Positions 41,663-59,461 of a DNA stretch of 64,000 nucleotides are shown piece after piece. How positions within the stretch are numbered: the stretch's first letter is position 1; every line of letters starts with the position of its first letter. The notes below the pieces were generated by a model. The model was not told the DNA's origin. It was given only the letters and a program-made list of their open reading frames with translations, and made no database searches. The position numbers were made by a program, and so were the translations under genes. This DNA is from the human T2T-CHM13v2.0 reference genome, Homo sapiens, in the NCBI RefSeq assembly GCF_009914755.1, contig NC_060926.1; one strand, 5' to 3'.

Positions 41663-43331
41663 ACCAGCTAGCATCATGATGACAGGATCAAATTCACACA
41701 TTTGTGATAAGAAATTGAGGCCTTAATAAATAGCCTACCAACCAAAAAAAGCCCAGGACCAGATGGATTTACAGCTGAATTCTACCAGAGGTACACAATA
41801 AAATGCATCAAGAAGCTCATTCACCATGATCAAGTAGGCTTCCTCCCTGGGATGAAAGGCTGGTTCAACATATGCAAATCAATAAATGTAATTTATCACA
41901 TAAACAGAACTAAAGACAAAAAACACATGATCATCATAATAGACACAGAAAAGGCCTTTGATAAAATTCAACATCCCTTCGTGTTAAAAACTCTCAAACT
42001 AGGTATTGATGGAACATACCTCAAAATAATAGCCATTTATGATAAACCCATAGCCAATATCATACTGAATGGGCAAAAACTGGAAGCATTTCCCTTGAAA
42101 CCTGGCACAAGACAAGGATGTTCTCTCTCACCACTCCTACTTGACATAGTATTGGAAGTTCTGGCCAGGGCAGTCAGGCAAGAGAAAGAAATAGAGTATT
42201 CAAATAAGAAGAGAGGAAGTCAAACTCTCTGTTTGCAGATGACATAATCCTGTATCTAGAAAAATCCATCATCTCAGCCCAAAAGCTTCTTAAGCTGATA
42301 AGTGACTTCAGCAAAGTCTCAGGATTCAAAATCAATATGCAAAAAAAAAAAAAAAACAAAACCCACAGGCATTCCTATAACACCAACAATAGACAAGCAG
42401 AGAGCCAAATCATGAATAAACTCCAATTCACAATTGCTACATAGAGAATAAAATACCTAGAAATACAGCTAACAAGGGAAGTGAAGGACCTCTTCAAAGA
42501 TAACTACAGACCACTGCTCAAGGAAATAAGAGAGAACATAAACAAATGGAAAAACATTCCATGCTCATGGATAGAAAGAATGAACATGGTGAAAATGGTC
42601 ATACTGCCCAAAGCAATTTATAGTTTCAATGTTATTCACAGTAAACTACCATTGACATTCTTCAGAGAATTAGAAAAAAATATTTTAAAATTTATATGGA
42701 ACCAAAAAAGAGCCTGTATAGCTAAAACAATCCTAAGGAAAAAGAACAAACCTGGAAGCATCATGCTATCTGACTTCAAACTATACTAAAAGGCTACAGT
42801 AACCAAAACAACTTGGTACTGGTACAAAAACAGACACACAGAAAAATGGAAGAGAATAAAGATCTCAGAAATATGACTGCACATCTGCAAACATCTGATC
42901 TTTGACCAGCAAGACAAAAACAAGCAATGGGGAAAGGATTCCATGTTTAATAAATGGTGCTAGGAAAAGTGGCTAGTCAAATGCAGAAAATTGAATCTGC
43001 ACCCTTATATAAAAATTAACTCAAGATGGATTAAGGCTTAAATGTGAAACCTAAAATTATAAAAACCCTAGAAGAAAATCTAGTGAGAGCTGAACAATGA
43101 CAACACATGGACACAAGGAGGGGAACAACACACACTGGGGCCTATCAGGTGGGAAGGGTTGAGGGAGTGAGAGCATCAGGATAAACAGCTAATGCATGTG
43201 GGGCTTAATACCTAGGTGATGGGTTGATAGGTGTATCAAACCACCATGTACACATTTACCTGTGTAACAAACCTGTATGTCCTGCACATGTATCCTGAAA
43301 CTTAATAAAATGAAATAAAATTTAAAAAAAA
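41659..43331 (+). mobile_element. L1PA8-11-like element with multiple internal deletions
   Basis: ORF2 start (atgacaggatcaaattcacaca), RT fragments (ORFs 41852-42247 and 42481-42789), a jump to the 3'UTR at 43084, and an A tail. Confidence 0.9.
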
Positions 43332-44230
43332 TTACAGAATATAATTTAATATAAAAATTGGGCAAGTATGTGGAAAATGAAATTTTCAAAATCAGTCTAG
43401 GTCTGAAATTTCACTGGAAGATAGCGGTTCAGACCCTCTCCTTGAAACATTATGTGGAAGATAATTGGAATTAAGGATTATTCAGGGGTCAAAATAAAAT
43501 AAAGCTCTGAAATTAATCTCTAAGGAAAGTATAAGTCCTAGGGCAGATGAAATTTTTATTTATCAGCTTTAGAGGAAAAACATCCTGAACAAACAGCATG
43601 ATCAGAGGGACATAAAGGCAGGCTGATTGTTCAGTAAACATCAAATCTACAGGAAAGCAGACTTGGCAAAGACAGAAAGCCCCTTAGAGAACCGTTGAAT
43701 AATAATATAGCTCCACAGTAGGTTAAAAAACCTTAAAGGAAAAAAATATTTGATGTTATCTGGTTTTACTTTCAAATCTGGCTTAAAGAATAACTGTGTC
43801 AAATTCATCAGCTATGCCATGCCAAATTTTTATAATAACTAGAGATTTGTTACCTTAATCCTAGGTTGAGATCTCTTCTGGTGGTATTTATACTTGCTAC
43901 ATCTTTATATTCCCAGAGGACAGCTATCCTGATTCACTGAAGCTTCTGACTTCCTTTTAGGCTTTACAATGAGGCACAATCTAACCTGTGAATACCAGTA
44001 AACAATGTCCACCCCACTGTCAATAAACAAATGCTTGACATAATTCAGTGAGGTACCTCTGATGATTACTTGAACACCTCTGGTGTCTCAAATTGCTTTC
44101 AGAATATAGGTCATAAGTCACTAGCCCAATATCATTCAGGGACTCGCCATATGTTAGAACACAAAGGGAACTTAGAGTTCAATTTTAGAGATACTTACTG
44201 AATGTCTGGCAGGTTCTAAAATACAGGATT

Positions 44231-44436
44231 ACCAACATGGAGAAACCCCATCTCTACTCAAAATACAAAATTAGCCGGGCTTGGTGGCTCATGCCTGTAA
44301 TCCCAGCTCCTTGGGAGACTGAGGCGGGAGAATCTCTTGAACCCGGAGGCAGAGGTTGCGGTGAGCCGAGATCGCGCCATTGCACTCCAGCCTGTGCAAC
44401 AAGAGCGAAACTCCGTCTCAAAAAAAAAAAAAAAAA
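44231..44436 (+). mobile_element. 5'-truncated AluSp
   Basis: accaacatggagaaacc, gttgcggtgagcc, gcgccattgcac, caacaagagcgaaactcc (AluSp diagnostics); no clear TSD. Confidence 0.9.
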
Positions 44437-44514
44437 TCTTTAAGATAAAATATCTCAGTATTTGACAGACAATAATAAAGAGCATGATTAGGTTTTAATT
44501 AGGTAGAGAGGAAG

Positions 44515-44880
44515 ATAATAATGATAGTAACAACAACAGTGCATCTACTTAACGAGTACATCCTTTATGCCAGGAGTAGTGCTAAACTTTGCTTGTATTT
44601 TCTCATTTGTTTCTCAGAACATTTCCTTCCACCTGTAATACATGCATACACACATACAGATTAGTATGCAAGCTAATGACAGCAGGGGCTTTTCACGGTC
44701 TGTTCTTCATCACCTAGAAGTGTTCCTGTCACAAAGTAGGCGTGCAATATAGATTTAGTGAATGAAACAATAAATAAGTGTTCATGGATAAAAAGTCCCA
44801 TAAGTAAATGCCATTTTATCCCCTAACTATAGGCAAAAAAAGCTGAGGATTCCAAATATTAAGCATATGACATAAGAAGT
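44515..44880 (-). mobile_element. MIR interrupted by an L2 3' end (+, about 44655-44770)
   Basis: tatgccaggagtagtgctaaac; ctgtcacaaagtaggcgtgcaatatagatttagtgaatgaa. Confidence 0.55.
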
Positions 44881-46323
44881 GAAGACTTGACGGGGCCTCA
44901 TTTGGCATAACTATATCTGTACAGGATAAACAGGTGAAAGGAGGGTGATTTTGAAAAGGTAAATTGGATTAGATTTGAGGTTCTGATGAAAACTTTTCCA
45001 CTATACGTAATAAACAGTGAATTATGGCATCAAATGCATTTGAAAGAATTCTGAAATTTTTAAGAAAACAACAGCCAGCTATCTAAATATGTAAGTTTTA
45101 CTATTATTGAATAGAGATGAGTAAATATCATTACTAAAGTGGACAGTGATGATATTACAAATGAAAGTAGAGGCAAGAGCCAAATAAAATACCATTTTTC
45201 ATTTTTACACATCATTAAGATCAAGTTTTGTTAAAAGACTGCATGAATTGGCACTATTTAATATAAAGGCAGAAAGCAAATGATGGATTCACTTTGAATG
45301 GGACAATGGCAGAAGTGCCAACCTTCTTGACCACCGTTTGCCACCATTTATTAAGGACCTATATATTAAAGCATATTAAGCCTAAATTAACTCAGTCTTA
45401 CATAGGCTATCTGGAAAATGAAAGGACTTACTGTTCTAAGCACTGAGAACAGTTTGATATAGAGTTTAATTAAAACTAGGCAAAATTAAGATACGAATTT
45501 TTTGATTTACATAAGATAAATTGGGGAATGATATTTATTCTAAAATACTTCTCTACATTGCAAAATAATTTATTAACAAATAATTTTGCTAGCAATTTTT
45601 CCTAGAGCATAGAAATAGGATTAGATTTACTAATATTTCATAATGCACTTTTAGGTAATTATAAACTGCATAAAATTATACGCTAATTTATTCCAATCTA
45701 AAAAATAATTTAAAAATAGGCAATAAAATCTTATTCCCTTAGAATCTAAAACACTGAAAATGATAGTCTTAAAAAGGTAGATTGTGTGTCTAGAAAATAA
45801 AATTGGTATTTCAAAATTTTAGAAAAAATAGGTTCCTAATTTCAACACAATAATATTTTGAGTATTTTATGGATGTGTGTGTAGAGACATACATGTTTCT
45901 GTGTACTTTGTAAGGACAAATTGCCCTATAGTGAGGACATGACACAAAGCAAACCCATGGTGTAATCACCTAGCCTAGATTTGGAGCCTGTTAGAACTTC
46001 CAAAAGTATATTTGGGTTTTGGTTTGTGAATGGTTAATACTGATTAATAAAATAAGAAATAGATTTAGGAAATTGAATACCATGACAAATGCAGCAGTAC
46101 ATTGGGAAAATAATATTTACAGCATTTATGTGATACACTTTATAAAGCAATAAAATAAAGCAAATTGTGATAATTAGAATGCTTATGCCCAAGGGGATTC
46201 TTTGCTAGTTTTTGAAATTTTGCTGAAATTTGATTATTCTTTACTTTCTATCTGGATATGTTAGATTTGGAAATTTCAAAATAACCACATAATGACATAT
46301 AGAAATGTAGGTATATTTAACTA

Positions 46324-46336
46324 CACACACACACAG

Positions 46337-46367
<31 letters not shown>
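46324..46367 (+). repeat. Interrupted (CA)n microsatellite
   Basis: Read directly from the sequence. Confidence 0.95.
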
Positions 46368-49300
46368 TTGTCTTCGAGATAATTGGGATCATACAAAGTA
46401 GTTCAGCATGCCTTGAATTAGTCATTTAACTCTATATTATATTTCCATGCATTTTAAAACATTCTAGAAAAATTTCAGCTTTGCAGCAAGGCTTATAATT
46501 TGAAGTCATAATGATTTCATTTCTTGAATTTTTAATTTTAATACTATAATGTCTTTGTATTTTTGTCAAATCTTTATTAACTTTTTGACAGGTATCTTCA
46601 GACTGAATTACTGTGCAAAATGATATGGACATAACTTTAGTGCTTTTATTACCTACTGATGGAAATTTTTGAGAAATACTTTACACTCTTACATTACACG
46701 TATAATGTGATATTGCATCTCTCATTACCTACTGGCAGAAAATAAGTAACTTGAAATGTCGTTGGTGAAAAATACTCTCATAATAGTTTGATAGAAATTG
46801 TTTTATAGTTTTTTTAGCAATATTTATTTTTATATTTACCCAAATTCCATTTTGTTATATACTTATCATTACTCCTTTGCTGTTATTTCTCTCCTATGTT
46901 GATTTAATTATTAGTTTTTTTCAGTTTTCTTTGATTAACTTGAAATAACTATATATTACATTAAATGTTTGACTTTATATTTTTTCACAATTATATTCCT
47001 TGCTTGATGTATACCTTATGAGTATGAATTTACCGACTTTTAAAACAAAAGATAATATTTTTAATATCATGCGTATGAATTGTTTTCCACATAGGCAACA
47101 CAGAAATATTTAAAATACTTATCTTACGGTTAACCATGATTAAAGAATTTGATGTTGATTCCTATTACCCCATATGAAGAACTAAGCAAGTTGATGACAT
47201 GTTCCTCTAGGGTATGGAAGTCCAAGCATAAGCTACTTGAAAGCATCTGTGACAGCCCACAATCAGTCTGTCTCATTTCTCTTCTGATCCCAAACATGAA
47301 ACATCTGCAAGAAGTAGAATCTTTTTTCATGTCTGAAGCATCATCCAAAACAAACAAACATAAAGAAACCAAACAAGTAACAAAAACAGCAAATATATAA
47401 AATCAATAAATCCCAACTCTGAAATTCTCATTCAATGTGTTTTCCTGTAAAGCTGTTTCCTTTGACTTTGCCACACATTTATACACTAGGTAAAGCTTAC
47501 TGAACCTCAAATAGAATACGTTTGTTAAAAGGGGTTTTCTCAAATAATATCTCAGATGCCTGCAGTTCCTGTCAATTGTCTGTGTTGGTGTGGATTAAAC
47601 TGACCTACAGGTTCAAAAGCTTGATGTAATGCAGTGTTTAATCTGGTATAGGCTGCGTTGTTGTTGTTGATGCCTGAAAGCCACCATACGCTGTTTTATT
47701 TCCATAAGTTGATTTCATTAGCCAATGAACTTCTCTGAGAAGAAAATAAGAAATGAATGCACTGTTGTTAACTCCTTGAAATAGCGTAAAGTTTTTAATG
47801 TGGTGGAGCTATAGGGTTATATTGTGTTACATCAGAAGTCAAGAATGGCATAGCCACAAAATAACTGGCCTTTTCTGTAATGTGTGCTTATACAATGCCA
47901 GTGCATTTATCTCATCAGAGTATGGATGATGTGGAGGTGTTCCTGCCTACCAGGCTTCTCTCCTCTATTCATGAGTAAACTCACTGACCTCCTCCTCCCT
48001 GCCTCTGACATAATTTTAAACCATAGGTTTAGAGATTCTGAGACACCTTATGTTAGGAGCTCATATTCTGGGTCTGTTGCTGGTCTTGTTCTGATCATAG
48101 TTAGTTGTCCCCATGGTTGAGGTATCTTTATCTCAGAGACTTGAATCCTGATATTTCTCTGTGCTTAAAATCTCTAGCTTATTTGGACTTCTGTCAATTT
48201 TCTGTTACTTTTATCTGAAACAATTTCTTGTGAGAATTCAATGGAATACTAATAGAGCAATCTCCTGTTATACAGCCAGTGTGTACAAACTGCACACTGG
48301 CTTTTCTGGTTAACTTTTCATGGGACCATGTGTCAGATTTCTTATGTACTTTTTTGCTAGTTTGGCAGTTGAGATGTCATGTTGTAAGGTGGTCTTCTCA
48401 TGTTGAATTAGTTGCTAGAATAATTCTTTACTTGAAAACTCTTCTGATATTGCCTAAAATCTGCAGCATCTGCTTATATTTTACCTTCTTATCTGCTCTT
48501 TAGATTTTATACATTATTTTGTAAATTATATACCCTGAATAATTGTATTACTTACAATGTATTTCCCTAGAAATTTACGCTCAATTTCCTAATCATGTTT
48601 AATATGAAATTCGAGATATTAGCCAAAAATATGGCACAGTTAAATTTTTAAAATATCTTTTGTTTGCCAAAAGGAAAGATTTATCTTAGATATTTAAGAG
48701 ATGTGCAAGACATATACTGATTGCTTCACAATTATTAGCATTCCCGTTTGACGTAGTAAGGTAGAGACATGGTATCATAATAACCTTATGTGCATTCTTA
48801 AAACTCATTTTAGTCTGTAAGAATGAATATATTGTATTGAAATATTGTGGCCTACTCCCATGCCCCCTTAAATGACTTCATTTTTAATTATGCTTGGCTT
48901 TTCCGATTTACTTAATAATCTTTCCTTGTAATATAGAGTAAAATGTGTTAAGATGACAAGTTGTAGCTACCTCACGACATTGCTGAGGATCAAATAAAAT
49001 TCAGGATTTTAAAACATATGACATTTGTCCTTAGCCTTAATGACAGCCATAATCTTCAGGGATTTCAGCAGATTTCCACATTGCTATCCAATTCAAGGGT
49101 CGTATGATTGTGTTAGCCAAGGTAGAGTAGGATAATATAAGTGACCAAAAATTTTATGATCATGCTTAGAATCCAGAAATAAAATAATTCAGACATAAGA
49201 ACCAAAGGAGTTATGAAAGGTTGAATCACACAGTAACCGAAAGGTGGATAAAGCAAGAATATAAGAGAAATATGTAGACTGTGCTAATTTAAATGTTATC

Positions 49301-49894
49301 ACCTTTTACAGATATTTTTTATGTTTATTATACACTGTGCAACAGTCTTTCAGTATGGTTGACTTGTAGCCTGTAAATGCCAGCTGAAAAGAGAGTAAGA
49401 ATGGAAAAAAGAATGGCCTATTAAAAGTCAATCTGCACATGAACAAGGCCTAAGTATAGTGTAGACAACATTTATTAATGGTGGTTCTTCATCATTCTGA
49501 TTTCTCTTGGCCTCATCCATGTCAGTATTTCTCCACCTGGTTGGTGAGACAGTAAGCCTCCTCAAGATGTCTTGTTAAATTATCTGATTGAAACCATCGG
49601 GGTGGAGCCAAGATGGCTGAATAGGAACAGCTCCAGTCTACAGCTCCCAACGTGAGTGACGCAGAAGATGGGTGATTTCTGCATTTCCAACTGAGGTACC
49701 GGGTTCATCTCACTGGGGAGTGTCAGAAAGTGGGTGCGGGACAGTGGGTGCAGCGCACCGAGAGTGAGCTGAAGCAGGGTGAGGCATTGCCTCACCCAGG
49801 AAGCACAAGGGGTCAGGGAATTCCCTTTCCTAGTTAAAGAAAGGGGTGACAAACGGCACCTGGAAAATTGGGTCACTCCCACCCTAATACTACG

Positions 49895-50050
49895 CTATTC
49901 CAATGGTCTTAGCAAATGGCACACCAGGAGATTATATCCCACACATGGCTCAGAGAGTCCTACGTCCACGGAACCTCGCTCATTGCTAGCACAGCAGTCT
50001 GAGATCAAACTGCAAGGTGGCAGCAAGGCTGGGGGAGGGGCGCCCACCAT
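49895..50050 (-). pseudogene. L1 ORF0, truncated to 51 aa
   Basis: MVGAPPPALLPPCSLISDCCASNERGSVDVGLSEPCVGYNLLVCHLLRPLE* matches the N-terminus of primate L1 ORF0. Confidence 0.8.
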
Positions 50051-50625
50051 TTCCGAGGCTTGAGTAGGTAAACAAAGTGGCCAGGAAGCTCGAACTCTGT
50101 GGAGCCCACCACAGTCCAAGGAGGCCTGCCTGCCTCTGTAGACTCCACCTCTGGGGGCAGGGCAAAGCCAAAGAAAAGGCAGCAGAATCCTCTGCAGACT
50201 TAAATGTCCCTGTCTGACAGCCTTGAAGAGAGTAGTGGTTCTACCAGCACGCAGCTGGACATCTGAGAACAGACAGACTGCCTCCTCAAGTGGGTCCCTG
50301 ACCCCTGAATAGCCTAACTGGGAGGCACCCACCAGTAGGGGCAGACTGACATCTCACACGCCCGGATACTCCTCTGAGACAAAACATCCAGAGGAACGAT
50401 CAGGCAGCAACATCTGCTGTTCACCAATATCTGCTGTTCTGCAGCCTCCGCTGCTGTTACCCAGGCAAACAGGGTCTGGAGTGGACCTCCAGCAAACTCC
50501 AACAGACCTGCAGCTGAGGGTCCTGACTGTTAGAAGGAAAACTAACAAACAGAAAGGACATTCACACCAAAACCCCATCTGTACGTCACCATCGTCAAAG
50601 ACCAAAGCTAGATAAAACCACAAAG

Positions 50626-51643
50626 ATGGGGAAAAAACAGAGCAGAAAAACTGGAAACTCTAAAAATCAGAGTGCCTCTCCTCCTCCAAAGGAACACAGC
50701 TCATCACCAGCAACAGAGCAAAGCTGGATGGAGAATGACTTTGATGAGTTGAGAGAAGAAGGCTTCAGACGATCAAACTACACTTCAGCTAAAGAAGGAA
50801 GTTCAAACCCATGGCAAAGAAGTTAAAAACCTTGAAAAAAAATTAGGCGAATGGCTAACTAGAATAACGAATGCTGAGAAGTCCTTAAAGGACCTGATGG
50901 AGCGGAAAACCAAGGCACGAGAACTGCATGACGAATGCACAAGCCTCAGTAGCTGATTCGATCAACTGGAAGAAGGGCTATCAGTGATGGAAGATGAAAT
51001 GAATGAAATGAAGTGAGAAGAGAAGTTTAGAGAGAAAAGAATAAAAAGAAATGGACAAAGCCTCCAAGAAATATGGGACTATGTGAAAAGACCAAATCTG
51101 TGTCTGATTGGTGTACCTGAAAGTGACGGGGAGAATGGAATCAAGTTGGAAAACACTCTGCAGGATATTATCCAGGAGAACTTCCCCAATCTAGCAAGGC
51201 AGGCCAACATTCAAATTCAGGAAATACAGAGAACGCCACAAAGATAATCCTCCAGAAGAGCAACTCCAAGACACATAACTGTCAGATTCACCAAAGTTGA
51301 AATGAAGGAAAAAATGTTAAGGGCAGCCAGAGAGAAAGGTCGGCTTACCCACAAAGGGAAGCCCATCAGACTTACTGCTGATCTCTCGGCAGAAACTCTA
51401 CAAGCCAGAAGACAGTGGGGGCCAATATTCAACATTCCTAAAGAAAAGAATTTTCAACCCAGAATTTCATATCCAGCCAAACTAAGCTTCATAAGTGAAG
51501 GAGAAATAAAATACTTTACAGACAAGCAAATGCTGAGAGATTTTGTCACCATCAGGCCTGCCCTAAAAGAGCTCCTGAAGGAAACACTAAACATGGAAAG
51601 GAACAACCAGTAGCAGCTACTGCAAAAACATGCCGAATTGTAA
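50626..51643 (+). pseudogene. L1 ORF1p, disrupted
   Basis: MGKKQSRKTGNSKNQSASPPPKE start; frameshift near 50780; several in-frame stops; C-terminal piece at 51302-51613. Confidence 0.93.
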
Positions 51644-51706
51644 AGACCATGGAGGCTAGGAAGAAACTGCATCAACTAACGAGCAAAATAACCAGCTAAC
51701 ATCATA

Positions 51707-55530
<3,824 letters not shown>

Positions 55531-57547
55531 GAACACATGGACACAGGAAGGGGAACATCACACACCAGGGCCTGTTGCGGGATGGGGGGAGGTGGGAGGG
55601 ACAGCATTAGGAGATATACCTAATGTAAATGACGAGTTAATGAGTGCAGCACACCAACATAGCACATGTATACATATGTAACTAACCTGCACATTGTACA
55701 CATGTACCCTAAAACTTAAACTATAATCAGAATAATAAAAAAGAGAAACCATCATGGCACCATGTTTCCAGGTGGCAACTTGAAACTGATGAATGGCAAG
55801 CCTATTTTAACAAGTATATATAGTCAAATAGGACCATTAAGATGGTGAGAAATATGACCTAGCTAAATAAGATTCTTTACTTTTTAATTAATTTACAGAT
55901 TTAAAAAGACCACAAATCTCATTATTTTATGACTTTCTACAAAGTAAAAAGGTGTTTATTAAATATCTGGATGTGAAGTGTGGCTGAAATCTTTTCATAT
56001 TGGACGTTGAGTTGCTTTGCATTGATGTTTCATTTCCCTTTTGCACTGTTCTTTAAATAGGTTGATGTGAATGCTAATCAATATCACCTTAAAAAGCTTA
56101 ATTTTCTAGAATACATCATTCATTCTAAAAATCAAATATATTGTCTTCTTCAATGCTATGCATCTTTATAAATTTGTAGGCTAGAGAAAATAGTAGGAAA
56201 TAAGTGCTATCCTGAAAGATACTTTAAATAAAAATATCTCTGATGAACAGGATCCTGTCCTTTCAAGGGCCCAAAACTCAATGTCTTTGATTGAAGGGAA
56301 AAAGACAGCCCAGCCTGCAAGAAATTCATGATAGAGTTAAGATTCATACTACCAGGACCAACCACAAGATTTAGGGGAAGCAACATGTAAATGGTTTCCA
56401 ACACAGGTTGTATGCCATCAAAGCATCTGTCAGATGCCAGTAAGTAAGGGCTTCATGGCAGAGGTTAGGAGACAAACTGTCTTCTTTCTTATTTATTTCT
56501 GAACTTAATGAGATAAGATGATTCTAGCATAAGAATTTAAACTAACAGTTCAATTTCTTTCAAAATTTTATTGAGCTACATTTAAATACAATAACATTCA
56601 CAAAACTGAAGTTTTTAAATAAATGGCTTTTAGCAAGTTCATATAGTTGTCCACTTGTCAAGCAATCAAGCTTTAAAACTTTTCATTATTCTTTAAAATT
56701 TCCTTGAAATTGGTTGCAGTAAATTTCCACCCCACCTCTCTCCAGCCAGAGGCAACCACTGATTTGCTATCTGTCATAATAAATGTACCCTTTTCAGTCA
56801 TGTCATATAAAGAAAATTGCACGTTTTGTAGCCTTTTGCAACTGGCTTCTTTCACTTAGCAAAATGTTTTTGAGATAAATTCATACTAAAGTATATATCA
56901 GTAGTTTTTTATTTTGTATTATTGAATAGTATGTGAAATGTATAATTTTATTTTTATTTATCTATTCCACCAGTTGATGGGTGTTTGGCTTATTACCAGT
57001 TTTGACTATGATGAATTAGGCTAATTTTAACATTCACTTAGAAACTTTGTGTGTATATATAGTTTAATTTATTTTCTGTAGATTACTAAGTGAATAATCT
57101 CTATGATGCATAAATTTGTCCATAACTTTATAAGAAACTGTAAAACTGTTTTCCAAAGTGGCTGTCTCACTTTATACTCTCATGTATGAGGAATATGAAG
57201 GTTCTCTGATTGCTCCATATTCTAGCCAACACACCTTTTAATTACAGCTATTCTAATAGACGTATAGAGAGATCTCATTGTAGATTAAATTTGTGTTTTC
57301 ATAATGACTAATGATATTTAGACCTTTCCATGTGCTTATTAGCTATTAAGGAGGAATATGATAAACAATTTTATGTGAGCACACTGGAAAACAGAATGAA
57401 ATTTCTAAAAAGACAGAAAGTACTATAACTGGCTCAAAAAGAAATATAAAATATAAATATATCCATAACAAACAAAATCCATACTTAAAAATCTTATCAA
57501 AAAGATAAGTTCAGGCCAGATGGCTTCTTATTTTATATATACATAAG

Positions 57548-57574
57548 CACACACACACACACCCACACACACAC
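57548..57574 (+). repeat. Interrupted (CA)n microsatellite
   Basis: Read directly from the sequence. Confidence 0.85.
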
Positions 57575-58227
57575 CCTTTGATGACTGTTGCTCACAATAT
57601 GGTCAGGCCTTGTTTGTAATTGCTCAGGGTTTGTTTTTTTAATTGCTCATTCCTTTTTTCGTTCCTATTCTCTTGTAGCTGTTGTTTAAATGCTACAGGT
57701 TTACCATACTAGAATACTGTTGCACAGTCTGTAGTAAACTTATAAAGTCATTCTAAAACATAATATGAACATATTAAATCATCATAATCTGCTTATTTCA
57801 TAATCTAACTTTATCCAGTTTCCAGATACCATTTGATTCAACCTTTCATCACTCTTTTAGATCTTATCTTTGAATTATTTTACTCCTACCTCCGAAACCC
57901 TATCATACATTTCTTTTAGTCGCCTATATTATACTGCTTTACTTTGTCTGACAAGATCATGGGACCCTTGATTTGGATAGCGGTGTTCAAATCTGCTGTA
58001 ATCCCTGGAAATTGTGGCTACAGTCATGGTTAGAAAATAATATCATAGGTTTTAACATGCTTGATTTTATTTTATCCTCAGCAATGTTGTGATGATTTAT
58101 AATTTTAACATGCTGTACTCTGTCATGTAGGGCAAGTTTATAAAATAAATCTGAAAAGCCAGTGGTAATTCAAAGAGGCTTTTACACACACACATATAAC
58201 ATTTAAAGAGCAAATATTCATACACTC

Positions 58228-59461
58228 TTTTTTTATTACTATACTTTATGTTCTAGGGTAAATGTGCACAATGTACTGGTTTGATACATATGTATACATG
58301 TGCCATGTTGGTTTGCTGCACACGTCAACTCATCATTTACATTAGGTATTTCTCCTAATACTATCCCTCCCTTAGCCCCCCAACCCCCGACAGGCCCTGG
58401 TGTGTGATGTTTCCCACCCTGTGTCCAGCTGATCTCGTTGTTCAGTTCTCACGTATGAGTGAGAACATGCAGTGTTTGATTTTCTGTCCCTGTGGTAGTT
58501 TGCTGAGAATGATGGTTTCCAGCTTCATCCATGTCCCTACAAAGGACATAAACTCATCCTTTTTTTGGCTACATAGTATTCCATTGTGTATGTGTGCCAC
58601 ATTTTCTTAATCCGGTCTATCACTCATGGGCATTTGGGTTGGTTCCAAGTCTTTGCTATTGTGAATAGTGCCGCAGTAAACATACATGTGCATGTGTCTT
58701 CATAGTAGAATGATTTATAATCCTTTGGGTATATACCCAATAATGGGATTGCTGGGTCAAATGGTGTTTCTGGTTCTAGATCCTTGAGGAATCACCACAC
58801 TGTCTTCCACAATGGTTGAACTAGTTTACACCCCCACCAACAGTGTAAAAGCGTTCCTGTTTCCCCACATCCTCTCCAGTATCTGTTGTTTTCTGACTTT
58901 TTAATGATTGCCATTCCAACTGGCATGAGATGGTATCTCATTGTGGTTTTGATTTGCATTTCTCTGATGCATTTCAGTGATGATGAGCATTTTATCATGT
59001 GTCTATTGGTTGCATAGTTGTCTTCTTTTGAGAAGTGTCTGTTCATATCCTTTGCCCACTTTTTGATGGGGTTGTTTGTTTTTTTCTTGTAAATTTGTTT
59101 GAGTTCATTGTAGATTCTGGATATTAGCCCTTTTTCAGCTGGTCGATTGCAAAAAGTTTCTCCTCTTCTGTAGGTTGCCTGTTCACTCTGATGGTAGTTT
59201 CTTTTGCCGTGCAAAAGCTCTTTAGTTTAATTAGATCCTATTTGTCAATTTTGGCTTTTGTTGTCATTGCTTTTGGTGTTTTAGTCATGAGGTCCTTGCC
59301 CATGCTTATGTCCTGAATGGTATTGCCTAGGTTTTCTTCTAGGGTTTTTATGGTTTTAGGTCTGAAACTAGCTAGACATATGTAGAAAGCTGAAACTGGA
59401 TCCCTTCCTTACACCTCATACAAAAATTAATTCAAGATGGATTAAAGACTTAAGTGTTAGA
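58228..59461 (-). mobile_element. L1PA6-like 5'-truncated L1 with 5' inversion
   Basis: Minus segment 58228-59363, inverted plus segment 59364-59461; TSD tcatacactcttt at 58218 and 59462. Confidence 0.92.
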
